Shown: piece by piece, positions 48,797-59,583 of the stretch | Layout: every line of letters begins with the position of its first letter | Position numbering within the stretch: the stretch's first letter is position 1 | Origin: Trueperaceae bacterium | GTDB taxonomy: Bacteria > Deinococcota > Deinococci > Deinococcales > Trueperaceae | Reading direction: 5' to 3' | DNA length: 64,000 bases | Assembly (NCBI GenBank): GCA_965213925.1 | Contig: OZ243927.1 | Location: 3,328,001 to 3,392,000 of the forward strand | The notes under the pieces: generated by a model | Told to the model about the DNA's origin: nothing | Seen by the model: only the letters and a program-made list of their open reading frames with translations | Databases searched by the model: none | Program-made: the position numbers and the translations under genes

Positions 48797-49756
48797 ATGT
48801 CAGATGAAGCTGAGCCAACTCATGCAGAATTAACAGATGAAAACAAAGCATTGAAAGATGAGATTGAAACGCTAAAAAATGAGCTTGCCCATCACAAGCG
48901 CACGATTGCAACAGGAAAATGGACCCTAAAGAATCTCATTGTATTCGGTAAGAAACTCTTCCTCGGCCCAAGCCTTGATAGCAGAATTAAGAAATAGCTC
49001 GAAGCTGTAAAGGGCGGTAACCTTCTACCTACCGATGAAACGGCGAATGTTGTAGCAGCCATCATTAGGCGAAGGATGGGCTTCTATATTTTCGCTATTA
49101 TCGGCACCCTAGGTGCGATCTCCACTACGGGGCTATTGGTATGGCAAAATACTCTATTCCAGCGACAGATCAGGCAGCAAGCGGAGCAAGATACACTAAC
49201 CCGCCGCGCCCAGTTGATTCAGGTTCTCTACGATGCAACTTGTGAAGAGGAGATTCAGCGGCGCGATACGGCTGATGGAGCGACAGAAGAGGTAACTGTA
49301 GAGACATGCACACCAGTTTCAGATGAACGGTCAAGAGCAGAGGCGGCGAAAGTTTTCCTGTCTATAGAACGCAGGGCTGGTGTGACTGAACCAGACTTAT
49401 CAAGAAGCCGTCTTGAGAATACAGACCTCAGTGGCGCAAACCTTAGAGGCGCAGACCTCATGGCTACAGAACTCAGCGGTACAAGGCTCAGTGGCGCAGA
49501 TCTCAGAGGCGCAAATCTCAGTCCTGCAGACTTCAGTGGCGCATTCCTCTTCGGCGCAGACCTCAGAGGTGCAGACCTCATTGAAGCAAATCTCAATGAC
49601 GCAGACCTCTCCACAAACTTCTTACTATTCCATACCAGTCAAACCGTGTACGATTCAGCAACACATTTTCCGCCTGCTTTCGAAATACCAGATAGCATGT
49701 GTCTTTATGAAAATGGCGATCCAAATGGTTGTTTTCGGTCTCGCACTGTAGATTAG
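48797..49756 (+). pseudogene. Membrane-anchored pentapeptide-repeat protein interrupted by one in-frame TAG (48995-48997)
   Basis: ORFs 48797-48997 and 49076-49756 are in the same frame, separated only by the TAG and 26 open codons; A(D/N)L(S/R)G repeats. Confidence 0.75.
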
Positions 49757-49912
49757 CTTTCCCTACCATTCACTTAGCGCTATCTGTACTTTTATGAAAA
49801 GTAGAGCAAGCAACGGGAAAGCGGTCTAAAGTGTTTCGACTCTGAACTCGTCACTAAGGTCAAGGGCTTGGGCCGAAGGGCTGCGAAGTGGAGCGCAGCA
49901 CCCTTGGCCGTG

Positions 49913-50285
49913 CTAACTGCGGCTAAGGGTGACGGCGTGACCTACGCTCGAGGTCTCCCAGAGGGAGAGCACGAAAAGCGTGTGCTCTCCCTCTGGGTTG
50001 GCTTGCGCTGAGCGTTCTTCCTGTTCGCTTTCTTCTTCCTCGTTAGAGTCCTCTCCTGACTCGATCCCTATTAAATTTGTAACCTTGTGCATCTCTTCGA
50101 AAGCTTCCCACATCATCTCTTTGAAGTCCTTCCTCTCTAGAGGAATGTAATCACCTGCGTCAGCACCTATGAATAATCCTGCGGTGAACTGCATCTGAGC
50201 ATCAATTTCTTTGCCTACTGCCTGCATCAAGTCGGTGAAGATGTCCTCGAGCTTTTCGACTGGTATGGACTTGAGTAGGTCTAAC
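49913..50285 (-). pseudogene. Acidic hypothetical protein truncated at its 5' end by ISL3
   Basis: The reading frame runs into the ISL3 left inverted repeat at 50286. Confidence 0.5.
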
Positions 50286-52012
50286 GGCTCTTCCAACGAG
50301 TGCGTGGTTAGAAAGGGCTTGTTCTCAGCGCTTAGAACGCTCAGCCTAGAGCATGAACTGTTTTGGGTTATTTCCAGGTTGTGAAGTCGGTAGAGTCGAA
50401 CATTCAGAAACGGGGCTGACGCTTTTCCTTCACGCGCGCAAGCGAAGCTCATATTGCCCGAGCTGTGCCCTAGGTTCGAAGCGAGTCCACAGTTACCACA
50501 CGCGCTCCATCAGGGACACGGCGCTCAGCGAAAGGGCTGTTCATCTGCGTTTCAGGGTACGCCGCTTCTACTGTCTAAACGTGGGCTGCCAGCGGCGCAC
50601 GTTTACAGAGAGGTTGAAGTTGTTTGCGCCTCACGCGAGGCGCACCTTTCGGCTCATCAACCTGCAAACTACGGTGGGGACGTTTCTCGGTGGTGAAGCT
50701 GGCTCGCGTCTGCTCGGGAGACTGCAGATGCCTCTATGCGGGGCTGCCTTGTTGCAGAGCATCCGCACACAAATGGCGGAGCATAACCCCACCCCGCGCG
50801 TCTTAGGCGTGGACGACTGGGCGATCAAAAAGGGGCGCAGCTACGGCACGGTCCTCGTCGATCTCGAGAAACACAAGGTCGTGGACTTGCTCTCTGAGTG
50901 CAGCGCGGCGGCGCTCGAGCTATGGCTTAGGAATAGCCCAGGCGTTGAAATCATTGTGCGGGACAGGTCTTATGATTACATGATGGGAGCTAATGCAGGT
51001 GCACCAGAGGCAACTCAGGTTGCCGATCGCTGGCACCTGCTCCATAACCTTCAGGAGATGCTCGAGCGGTGGCTTGCCACCGTGTACGCAATCTTGCGGC
51101 ACCTACCGGTTGCGCCCGAACTTCAGCCTGAGGTCGAAACGCTCATGTCGCGGCGACACCGCACCTCTAGACCGACTCGGGCAGCCAAAGAAGCAGGTGA
51201 GGTTAACCGTGCTAAACGTTTAGCGCGCTTCAACAAGGTGAAAACGCTCTATACATCAGGAATGTCGCTGCTAACGATTAGTAAAAAGCTCGGAATGGAC
51301 CGGAAAACGGTGCGGGCTTACGCCTACGCCGAGAGCTTCCCTGAAAGAGCACCTTTCCCCTACGTCCCCAATGTGCTCACGCCTTACCTCGACTACTTGG
51401 AGAAACGCCACGCTGAGGGATGCGAGAACGCCTCACAGCTCTACAGGGAGATTTACGCCCAAGGCTACCGGAGCACGAAGTGGCATGTCCTATGGTGGAT
51501 GCAGCCGAGACGCCGTACCCCTTCGGAGCACACCCCCAATAAAAAGAGGAAACCTTCGGGCGACAAGCACACGAATAAACCCGTCGCCAAACTCGCGTTG
51601 CCTTCAGCGCCGCAACTTTCATGGCTGATGGTGCGCGATGGGGATACACTTAAAGATGAGGAAGCGCTCGTCCTCAAGCACCTCTCACAGCACCAAGCGT
51701 TCCTCTTCATGCGTGAGCACGCCAAAGCGTTTCAGAAGATGATCTGCCAGCGTGAGGCAGATGAATTCGATGCCTGGCTGGAGACTTCCCTTAGAAGTGG
51801 CGTTCTGCAGCTAAAGACGTTCGCCGAGGGACTCAAACGCGACTACGCTGAGGTAAGAGCCGCCCTAGAACTGCCCTGGAGTAATGGACAGACGGAAGGT
51901 CAGGTCAACAAGCTCAAATTGATTAAGCGGCAGATGTATGGGCGGGCGAACTTCGATCTACTACGCCAGAGGGTGCTACTCGCTGCCTGACCACGCACTC
52001 GTTGGAAGAGCC
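50286..52012 (+). mobile_element. ISL3-family insertion sequence
   Basis: Perfect 23-bp terminal inverted repeats GGCTCTTCCAACGAGTGCGTGGT; no target duplication in the flanks. Confidence 0.93.
50353..51990 (+). CDS. ISL3-family transposase
   Basis: CPSC...C...C zinc finger, LGVDDWA, RDRS, ADRWHL, WSNGQTEGQVNKLKLIKRQMYGR. Confidence 0.95.
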   Translation: MNCFGLFPGCEVGRVEHSETGLTLFLHARKRSSYCPSCALGSKRVHSYHTRSIRDTALSERAVHLRFRVRRFYCLNVGCQRRTFTERLKLFAPHARRTFRLINLQTTVGTFLGGEAGSRLLGRLQMPLCGAALLQSIRTQMAEHNPTPRVLGVDDWAIKKGRSYGTVLVDLEKHKVVDLLSECSAAALELWLRNSPGVEIIVRDRSYDYMMGANAGAPEATQVADRWHLLHNLQEMLERWLATVYAILRHLPVAPELQPEVETLMSRRHRTSRPTRAAKEAGEVNRAKRLARFNKVKTLYTSGMSLLTISKKLGMDRKTVRAYAYAESFPERAPFPYVPNVLTPYLDYLEKRHAEGCENASQLYREIYAQGYRSTKWHVLWWMQPRRRTPSEHTPNKKRKPSGDKHTNKPVAKLALPSAPQLSWLMVRDGDTLKDEEALVLKHLSQHQAFLFMREHAKAFQKMICQREADEFDAWLETSLRSGVLQLKTFAEGLKRDYAEVRAALELPWSNGQTEGQVNKLKLIKRQMYGRANFDLLRQRVLLAA

Positions 52013-52134
52013 CTTACCAACTCCAGGGTCACCTGTGTCAAAAGGCGCAAGTGAGTACTTCACGTTGAGGCGCACCAAGCTCGCGCCCTCACCCACCCTC
52101 TATAATCGCCTTCTCATAACGAGAGGAGAACCTT

Positions 52135-53010
52135 ATGCGCAAGTTGGTCTTCACCCTGTGCCTGTTCGCTCTACTGAGCCTGTCTACTGCTCTAGCGAGC
52201 ACCCTCGTGTCGGTGCAGTTTGAGTCTGAGGTGCTGGGGCGCGACTGGAACTACACGGTCTACCTGCCGTCAGGCTACGACTATTCAGGACTCAGCTACC
52301 CCGTCGTCTATCTCCTGCACGGCAACGGCGGCGACGAGAACAGTTGGGCTACCCAAGGCAACGTCCAGGAGGTCGCCGACACACTGGTCAGCGAGGAGCG
52401 TATCCCGCCCGTCATTATCGTGATGCCCGAAGCGAATACGACCTGGTACGTAGACCGCAAAGAGAACATGGAGAGCGCGGTCATCGAAGAACTTATCCCC
52501 GAAATCGAGAACCAGTTCCGAACCATACCGACCCGAGAAGGGCGCGTCATCGCTGGGCTTTCGATGGGCGGTTACGGGGCACTGCGCTTTGCGCTGCTCT
52601 ACCCTGAGATGTTCGCAGCGGCGGGACTCCTCAGTCCTGCTATCTATGTCCCCGAACCCCCCGAAGACTCCTCAGCGCGTCGTGTCGGCGTCTTCGGTGC
52701 AGATGAGTATGACCCCGAGGTGTGGATAGAACTCAACTACCCTAACTACTTGGGCGCTTTCTTAGCCCAAAACCTCGACGTGCCCATGTACATCAACTCG
52801 GGTGACGACGACGAGTTCTTTATCGAGCGGCACGCCACTGAGCTTTACAACCTTCTCCGTAAAGCGGGCGAGCCCGCCGAGCTGCGCATTGTGGACGGGG
52901 CGCACGAGTGGCCGGTGTGGGCAGGGACAATTGGGGAGGCGCTCGAGTACACCTTAGCTAATGTGAGCCGTCCGAGGCTGGAGTTGGAAGCGGCGACGGG
53001 TAGGAATTAG
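52135..53010 (+). CDS. Secreted esterase (Fes/antigen 85-like alpha/beta hydrolase)
   Basis: Signal peptide; VYLP, YPVVYLLHG, GLSMGG, GAHEW. Confidence 0.88.
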   Translation: MRKLVFTLCLFALLSLSTALASTLVSVQFESEVLGRDWNYTVYLPSGYDYSGLSYPVVYLLHGNGGDENSWATQGNVQEVADTLVSEERIPPVIIVMPEANTTWYVDRKENMESAVIEELIPEIENQFRTIPTREGRVIAGLSMGGYGALRFALLYPEMFAAAGLLSPAIYVPEPPEDSSARRVGVFGADEYDPEVWIELNYPNYLGAFLAQNLDVPMYINSGDDDEFFIERHATELYNLLRKAGEPAELRIVDGAHEWPVWAGTIGEALEYTLANVSRPRLELEAATGRN

Positions 53011-53087
53011 TACCGCCAGCCTTTCAGCACTGCTACACAACTCTATCCACACTCCAAGTCACGCTCTTCAAGCCGAAAGGGGTAAAT

Positions 53088-53852
53088 ATGGCACTACTCG
53101 AGAACAAAGTCGCACTCATCACCGGAGCCGCCAGCGGCATCGGGCGCGAGATCGCGCTTCTCTACGCCGAGCACGGCGCACACATCGTCGTCGCCGACCT
53201 TCAGGCGAAACCGCGCCAGGACGCGGAGCCGACCCACGAACTCTGCGAGCAGAAGGGCGTTCAAGCCCGCTACGTCGAGTGTGACGTGACCAAGCGCGAG
53301 AACCTCGAGAACGCAGTCGGCGCAGCCGAGGAGCTGGGCGGCGTGGACATCATGGTGAACAACGCAGGCATCTTCCGGCAGCACAACTTTTTGGAGGCGA
53401 GCGAAGACGACTTCGAGCAGATGATGGCGATCAACGTCAAGGGTGTGTACTTCGGCGCTCAGGCGGCGGCGAAGCGCATGGCGGGGAAGGGAGAGGGCGT
53501 GATTATCAACCTCTCGAGCGTTGCCGGACTCCAAGGCACGGGCGGCTTTACGACCTACTGCGCCTCAAAGGGGGCGGTGCGGCTCTTCACCTACGCTTTG
53601 GCGCAGGAACTTGGGCCGCAAGGGATTCGCGTCATCGCCTTGCATCCGGGTCTTATCGCTACCGACATGACCACTGAGGACGTGCCGATTATCGGCACGG
53701 ATGCGGGTGAGGGCTACTTAGCGCAGATTCCTATGAACCGCTGGGGTCAGCCCGAGGACGTGGCGAAGACGGCGCTCTACGCGGCGAGCGACCTAGCGGC
53801 GTACGTCACGGGCGCGTCGCTACTGATTGACGGGGGGATGTTGCGAGTCTAA
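53088..53852 (+). CDS. Short-chain dehydrogenase/reductase
   Basis: TGAASGIG, NNAG, YCASK, PG.I.T motifs. Confidence 0.92.
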   Translation: MALLENKVALITGAASGIGREIALLYAEHGAHIVVADLQAKPRQDAEPTHELCEQKGVQARYVECDVTKRENLENAVGAAEELGGVDIMVNNAGIFRQHNFLEASEDDFEQMMAINVKGVYFGAQAAAKRMAGKGEGVIINLSSVAGLQGTGGFTTYCASKGAVRLFTYALAQELGPQGIRVIALHPGLIATDMTTEDVPIIGTDAGEGYLAQIPMNRWGQPEDVAKTALYAASDLAAYVTGASLLIDGGMLRV

Positions 53853-54003
53853 GGCAGAAGGATACGACGCTGATGTGTTCATATTCAAAAATATTCTCAC
53901 CACTTTCGAAAGCCAAAACGTTTGCTTAACCCTGGCACGAGCAAACGACAACTCAACTTTAATTGATGCGTAGATTTCATCTATTTAATCTGGGAGGTTA
54001 CCG

Positions 54004-55302
54004 ATGATGCTTTCCTGTTGGCTTCACCTGCTCGTTCAAAAGGACTCGTGTACATATGTGCGCGCTGTTGCCCGAGTCACAGCGCTCTTACTGATACTCA
54101 CCTTAGGCATCGCTACGCCGAGCGCCCACGCGCAAGACGACCCCTCCATTTGGCTCTACACCTGGACTGCCAGCCCCATGTCCCCTCCGCAAGGCTTAGC
54201 CGTCCCACCGGGGCTTTACAACGAGACGGTGCGCCAGAAGGTCTTCCTGAGCGAGGGTGGCGAGCGCCTCAGGGTTGAACTCTCCAACGAGTTCGGCGCG
54301 GTGCCGGTAACGGTTACAACGGCGAGTGTCGCGGTCGCTGCGGAGGACGCCTCGTTCCAGCCTGGTACCTACCGCCCCCTGACCTTCAGCGGCGACAGGT
54401 CCGTAACACTCATACCGGGGACGCCGATGCTGAGTGACCCGGTGAACCTCACCGCTCAACCGCTCTCCGAACTCGCCATCAGCCTCTACTTCGAGGACTT
54501 CACCGAGATCGCTACGGTGCACGAGCTGGGCGTGGCGACCGCTTACATCTCAGCCGATGGCAACTTCACGGACGACACCGAGCTGCCGGTGCGCCAGACG
54601 ACGACCGCCCGCCTCTTCATCACGGGCGTCGTCGTGGAAGCTGCCGAGGACGCCCGCACCATCGTCGCGTTCGGTGACTCCATCACGGACGGCTACAACT
54701 CCACCGTGGACGCCAACCGCCGCTGGCCCAACGTCCTCGCGCGTCGTCTCGCTGACGCGCCTGGCTTCGAAAACGTCTCCGTGGTCAACGGGGGTATCAG
54801 CGGTAACCGTGTGCTGCGCAACGGCGCGGGCATGAGCGCGCTCGCCCGCTTCGAGCGCGACGTCTTGAGCCTGCCCAACGTCTCGCACGTGGTGATCTTG
54901 GAGGGCATCAACGACATCGGCTGGCCCGACACCTTCCTGACGGGCGACGAGTCCCCCACGCCCGAGCAGCTCATCGGCGGATATCAGCAGCTCATCGACC
55001 GTGCTCACTTGCACGGCATCACGGTGGTCGGCGCGACGCTGACGCCCTTTGAGGACACCTTCGAAGGCGAACCGCTCGCTGACTACTACACGCCGAGCAA
55101 GGAGACCACGAGGCTGCGGGTCAACGAGTGGATTCGCAATTCGGGTGCGTTCGACGCGGTTATCGACTTCGACGCGGTGCTGCGTGACCCCGAGAACCCG
55201 TCGCGCCTCAGAGCCGAGTACGACAGCGGCGACCATCTGCATCCGAACGACGCGGGGTATGAAGCGATGGCGGAGGCGGTGGACTTGGAGGTGTTGAGGT
55301 AG
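54004..55302 (+). CDS. Secreted SGNH/GDSL hydrolase
   Basis: FGDSITDG, GISGN, EGIND, DHLHP; start uncertain. Confidence 0.88.
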   Translation: MMLSCWLHLLVQKDSCTYVRAVARVTALLLILTLGIATPSAHAQDDPSIWLYTWTASPMSPPQGLAVPPGLYNETVRQKVFLSEGGERLRVELSNEFGAVPVTVTTASVAVAAEDASFQPGTYRPLTFSGDRSVTLIPGTPMLSDPVNLTAQPLSELAISLYFEDFTEIATVHELGVATAYISADGNFTDDTELPVRQTTTARLFITGVVVEAAEDARTIVAFGDSITDGYNSTVDANRRWPNVLARRLADAPGFENVSVVNGGISGNRVLRNGAGMSALARFERDVLSLPNVSHVVILEGINDIGWPDTFLTGDESPTPEQLIGGYQQLIDRAHLHGITVVGATLTPFEDTFEGEPLADYYTPSKETTRLRVNEWIRNSGAFDAVIDFDAVLRDPENPSRLRAEYDSGDHLHPNDAGYEAMAEAVDLEVLR

Positions 55303-55343
55303 GTTGGTGGACCTGGTTTCAGACTTGAGCTATCAAGCAACTG

Positions 55344-56065
55344 TCAAGCCACTTGCCCTTCGGCATCGTCTTTACGAAGTAGCGGGTCGTTCGTCTCCCG
55401 CATCCAGCGCTCGAGTCGCTCCCAAAAGCCTCGAGCCGTCTCAGCCCGGCTCTCAGCGAGGTTGCTCTGCTCATAGGGGTCGGTCTCCAAATCGTAAAGC
55501 TCCTCGGCGGCGCTCGGCAAGTAAGGGCGCTCGCCGAGAAGCGCGTTCGCTGAAGGGCTCTGGGCAACATCATCGGGCAAGTAGACCTGCGGTTCTGCCT
55601 CAAAATGCTGAATATATTTCCAACGCTCAGTTCGGATGCCGCGCACCGGCGCGTAATGGTCGTGCCAGGTCATCTCGCACATAAATTGGTCGCGAACCTC
55701 TTGCGCCTCGCCCCGCAGCAGCGGCAGAAAGCTCCGCCCATCCAGCGTTGTGTCCTCGTTACCGCCAGCCACCTCGAGCAAGGTTGGTAGCAAATCGATG
55801 TTGCAAAGAAGGTCGGCGCAGCGTGAGGCGCGAAGCTCCTCCGCCCAGCGGATGACACAGGCTGTCTCTAAACCTGCCCTAGCGCGTCGTCGGCAGCGCG
55901 AATCATGCCGTTAAAGGCAGCGACGTCGCGCCGCACCTCCGGCGTATCTGGGAGGTAGAAGGGCACGGAAACTGCCTCGGGGTCCTCCGGGATGTACGCG
56001 CCTTCTGCGAGATCGAAGGGGCGGTGCGCCTCGAAGAAGCCGAGCGATACGAAAAACGGCGATGG
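55344..56065 (-). pseudogene. Sulfatase remnant (middle and C-terminal parts, internal deletion, N-terminus missing)
   Basis: PFFVSLGFFEAHRPF, VPFYLPDTP and AFNGMIRAADDALG in one frame, then AGLETA..., IDLLPTL, RGIRTERWKYI and ELYDL..DPYE..NL in another. Confidence 0.75.
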
Positions 56066-57092
56066 TCGGGCTTAAACTTCCCTCTACGGCGCGGTACTTC
56101 TGACTCTCTAAAGAGGTGAGAAAGAGGGCTACATCAGCGGCGACCTCGACATTTTGACTGTACTTGGAGACCGCGAGCTGTGCGCCGCCTAGCGTCGCTG
56201 TAGGCTCGCCGCCCTCGGCACTGCCCGCAGGGAGCGGCGCGACCTCGAAGTTGCCCGCGATGGCGCTGTCCGCGGCGTTGCCTAAGCTGTACGCATAGGG
56301 CCAGTTGCGCATAAAGGCGGCGTTGCCCGCCTGGAAGAAGTTGCGGGCGTCCTCCTCAGCGAAGCCCGTGACGCCTGTGGGCGAAATTGCGCCGATCCAA
56401 CCTGCCACACGCTCGAGAATTTCGGCGGCGTCTGGGTTGTCGATGGTGATGACGCCGTCGGTACTGATGATGAGCCCGCCGCCATTAGAGTGTATCCACT
56501 CGAGCGCGTCACAGGTGAGCCCTTCGTAGGCGTTGCCCTGCCAAACGAAGCCCGCGAAGTCGGGGTTATCCTGCCGCTCGCCCTCTTGAATGGTACGCGC
56601 CATCGCCTCGAGTTCTTCCCACGTTTGGGGTGGACCGTCATAACCGTATTCCTCTAAGAGATCGGTGCGGTAGTAGAGCAGCCCTGCGCCGATCTGCAAA
56701 GGCATTGCGGTGAGTGCGCCGTCAACCAGGTTGTTTTCAATGAACGCCTCAAAGTGCTGGTCAATGACCTCATCTGCGCCGTAGGGGTTGAGGTCAACTA
56801 CGTGCGGCGCGAGGATGCCTGTTCAGATCACATCCGTCTGGACGATATCGACTTCATTCGACTGCGCTTCGAAGTACTGCAAGTACAAGGCGAGGCGGTC
56901 ATCGGCTTGGTCGGGGGTCTGTACCAGGTTGATCGTCACACCTGGATTCTCCTCCATGTAACGTTCAGCCAGCGTCTGTGTGATCTCGAACTCTTCGCCG
57001 ACGGTGACGATGGCAACCGTGATGGTGGCGTCGTCTTGCGCCCAGGTAGCGCTCACGAATAGAAAAAGAACGAGAAGGATAAAGCGGACCAT
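56060..57092 (-). pseudogene. Sugar ABC transporter substrate-binding protein (trehalose/maltose type), nonsense-interrupted and 3'-truncated
   Basis: Signal peptide; DVI-TGA(56823-56825) in frame with LLYYRTDLL, YEGLTCD, FMRNWPY, LGG..LAV; joins sulfatase sequence near 56060. Confidence 0.8.
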
Positions 57093-58454
57093 AGTGACCT
57101 CTTTTCAGTGCTCTGAGTTGTGTGTTCGGGTCTAGCATAGCCTGAATAGGGGTGCATACGCCACGTTCACCCTCGACGCTCAGCAATTCCAAATAAGGAA
57201 TAGCAAGGGAAAAGATGCAAGACTGTAGCTATACAGGGAAAGCTCAGCTTAACTTCGATAGTTGAATATTTAGCCAGCGTTTTTGATGCTCAGCAAGATA
57301 ACAGAAGAACAGCGCGCTGCAAGTATGAGATAAGCGACGCAGGTTTAGCAGCGTTCTCGGTTTTTTTCACGTAGAGCGCCTCATTTTTAGAGTATCAACG
57401 TGATTTGCAGCGGCGTAAAGGAAAAAGCAACGTAAGTAGCGTGTTCGGGTTGGCGGAAATACCGACAGACCCGCATATCAGGAACTTGCTTGATGGTGTC
57501 AACGCGGACGACTTAGCGGTGGTGTACAGACATCTTGTACAGGCTTTGGCTCAGATGAAGGTGTTAGAGCCGTTCCGGGTTGGACGTTACTACCTGCTAG
57601 CGATGGATGGCACGCACTACTTTTCGTCGGAGAAGATTCATTGCCAAAGTTGCACAAGGCGTGTCTCTAAAGGCAAAACTCGCCATAGCCATAGTGTCAT
57701 ACCCCCTGTGCTCGTCGCGCCTGGGCAGCGTGAGGTCATCAGCTTAGAGCCTGAGTTTATCTTGCCTCAAGATGGCGACGAAGAGCAGGACTGTGAACGC
57801 AAAGCTGCTAAACGCTGGCTCATGAGCAAAGCGCAGCACTATCCTTTAGAACACGTCGTGGTGCTAGGCGATGACCTGTACTGCTGTCAATCTCACTGCG
57901 AAGCGGTTCTAGCTAGAAACTGGCACTTTCTCTTTGTGTGCAAGCCTGAGTCGCATCAGACCCTCTATGAATATCTAGCGCTACAGCCCCTGCGCAGTTT
58001 CACGCGACGTCGTTGGAATGGTCGATTCACCGAAATCCATCATTACCGTTTCGCGACGGAGCTACCCTTGAGAGATAGTGATAGTCCCGATGCGCTTAGC
58101 GTCAACTGGTGTGAGCTGAGCATCCGTAGAGAAGAGGATCAGGGGTTGCTCTACCGCAACAGCTTTGCAACTAGTCTGCCCCTACATGAGTACAACCTAG
58201 CTAAGGTGATCTCGTGGGGGCGCTCACGCTGGAAAACCGAAAACGAAAACAACAATGTTCTCAAAACTAAAGGCTACAACTTTGAGCATAACTACGGTCA
58301 CGGCAAAAAGCACTTGTCCACTGTTCTCCTCAGCTTGCTCCTACTTGCCTTTCTCACGCACACCATCTTCGCGCTGACCGACAGCCTGTACAACGCCCTT
58401 CGGCAAGAACTAGGCAGCCGCAAAACGGTCTTTAGTGACGTTCGTGCCCTCTTA

Positions 58455-59583
58455 TACCAACCTGAATAAACTGTGACACAATAGCGAGATGCGACGGGAT
58501 TACGAGACACTAATCAAAGAGAGCGAAGCTGAGCTAAAGGCGCTGGAGGCGAAGCACCGCAACAGCGTGATTGGGACCCGCTTGAGACTGCTGCGCATCC
58601 TCAAAACAGAAGAAGTCACGAGCGTTGAGCGAGCGGCGCAGAAGGTCCACTACAGCCGCCGCCACTGCCAAAGGTGGCTGCGGCGCTACTACGACTCAGG
58701 GCTAGACGCACTGCTGGAGAAACCCGGTCAGTCAACAGGTGCGCCTGAACGGATGACGGCTAAGGCGTGGCAAGCGCTTGATGAAGCTTTGCGCCAAGGA
58801 GATATAGCGACCTATCCGCAAGCGCGTGAGCTAGTGGCTGAGCACGGTGTCGTGTACTGCGACGATAGCAGTCTGCTCAAACTCTTCAAGCGTCACCAGA
58901 TCAAAGCCAAAGTAGGCAGACCCCGCCACGAGAAGGCGGATACTTTAGTTCAAAACGAGTTCAAAAAAACTTCGCTGAGCGGCTAAACGCGCACCTTCCC
59001 AAGCATAAGGAGGCGTACGCCCACGTCAGGGTTTTTGCAATGGACGAGGCCCGCTTCGGATTGATCAACTGGCACAAACGTCGCTACTGTCCTCGTGGGG
59101 TGAGACCCCCTTGCACTGTGCAGCGCAAGTACGAATGGAGCTGGTTTTACACCGCTGTTGAGCCTATGACCGGCGAAAGTTGCAGTCTTTATCTCCCAAG
59201 ACTTGATGGCGACTGTTACGAAGTCTTCTTGGGCGAACTCAGCCAAACCTACCCCGATGACTTGATCCTCTTACTAAGGGACAACGCTCCTGCGCACATT
59301 AAACATGACCTCGATGTGCCTGACAACATCATCCCAGTAGCTCTACCTCCTTTTAGCCCCGAACTCAATCCCGTCGAGCGCTGGTTCTTAGAATTCCGCC
59401 GCCTACTCGCCAACCGATGTTTCGATACCATTGACACTTTGCACGAGGCACTGACGCAGGTGCTCATGCAATTCACTACTGACAAGGAACGTTTAGAACT
59501 CCTCACCAACTTCCCTTGGTGGCACTTCGGTATCTCGCAACTCGGTGAGCTATTGAATGTGACATGATTCTTTCAGGTTGGTA
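58455..59583 (+). mobile_element. IS630-family insertion sequence
   Basis: TIR TACCAACCTGAA / TTCAGGTTGGTA, TTA on both flanks. Confidence 0.88.
58489..59567 (+). CDS. IS630 transposase, two ORFs joined by a probable -1 frameshift at A7 (58963-58969)
   Basis: HTH ORF 58489-58986 ending FKK; catalytic ORF with DEARFG, DNAPAH, LPPFSPELNPVE in the -1 frame. Confidence 0.88.

Noticed and set aside
49430..49610. Tandem 15-bp DNA repeats as a non-coding array
   Set aside because: Explained by the pentapeptide-repeat coding sequence
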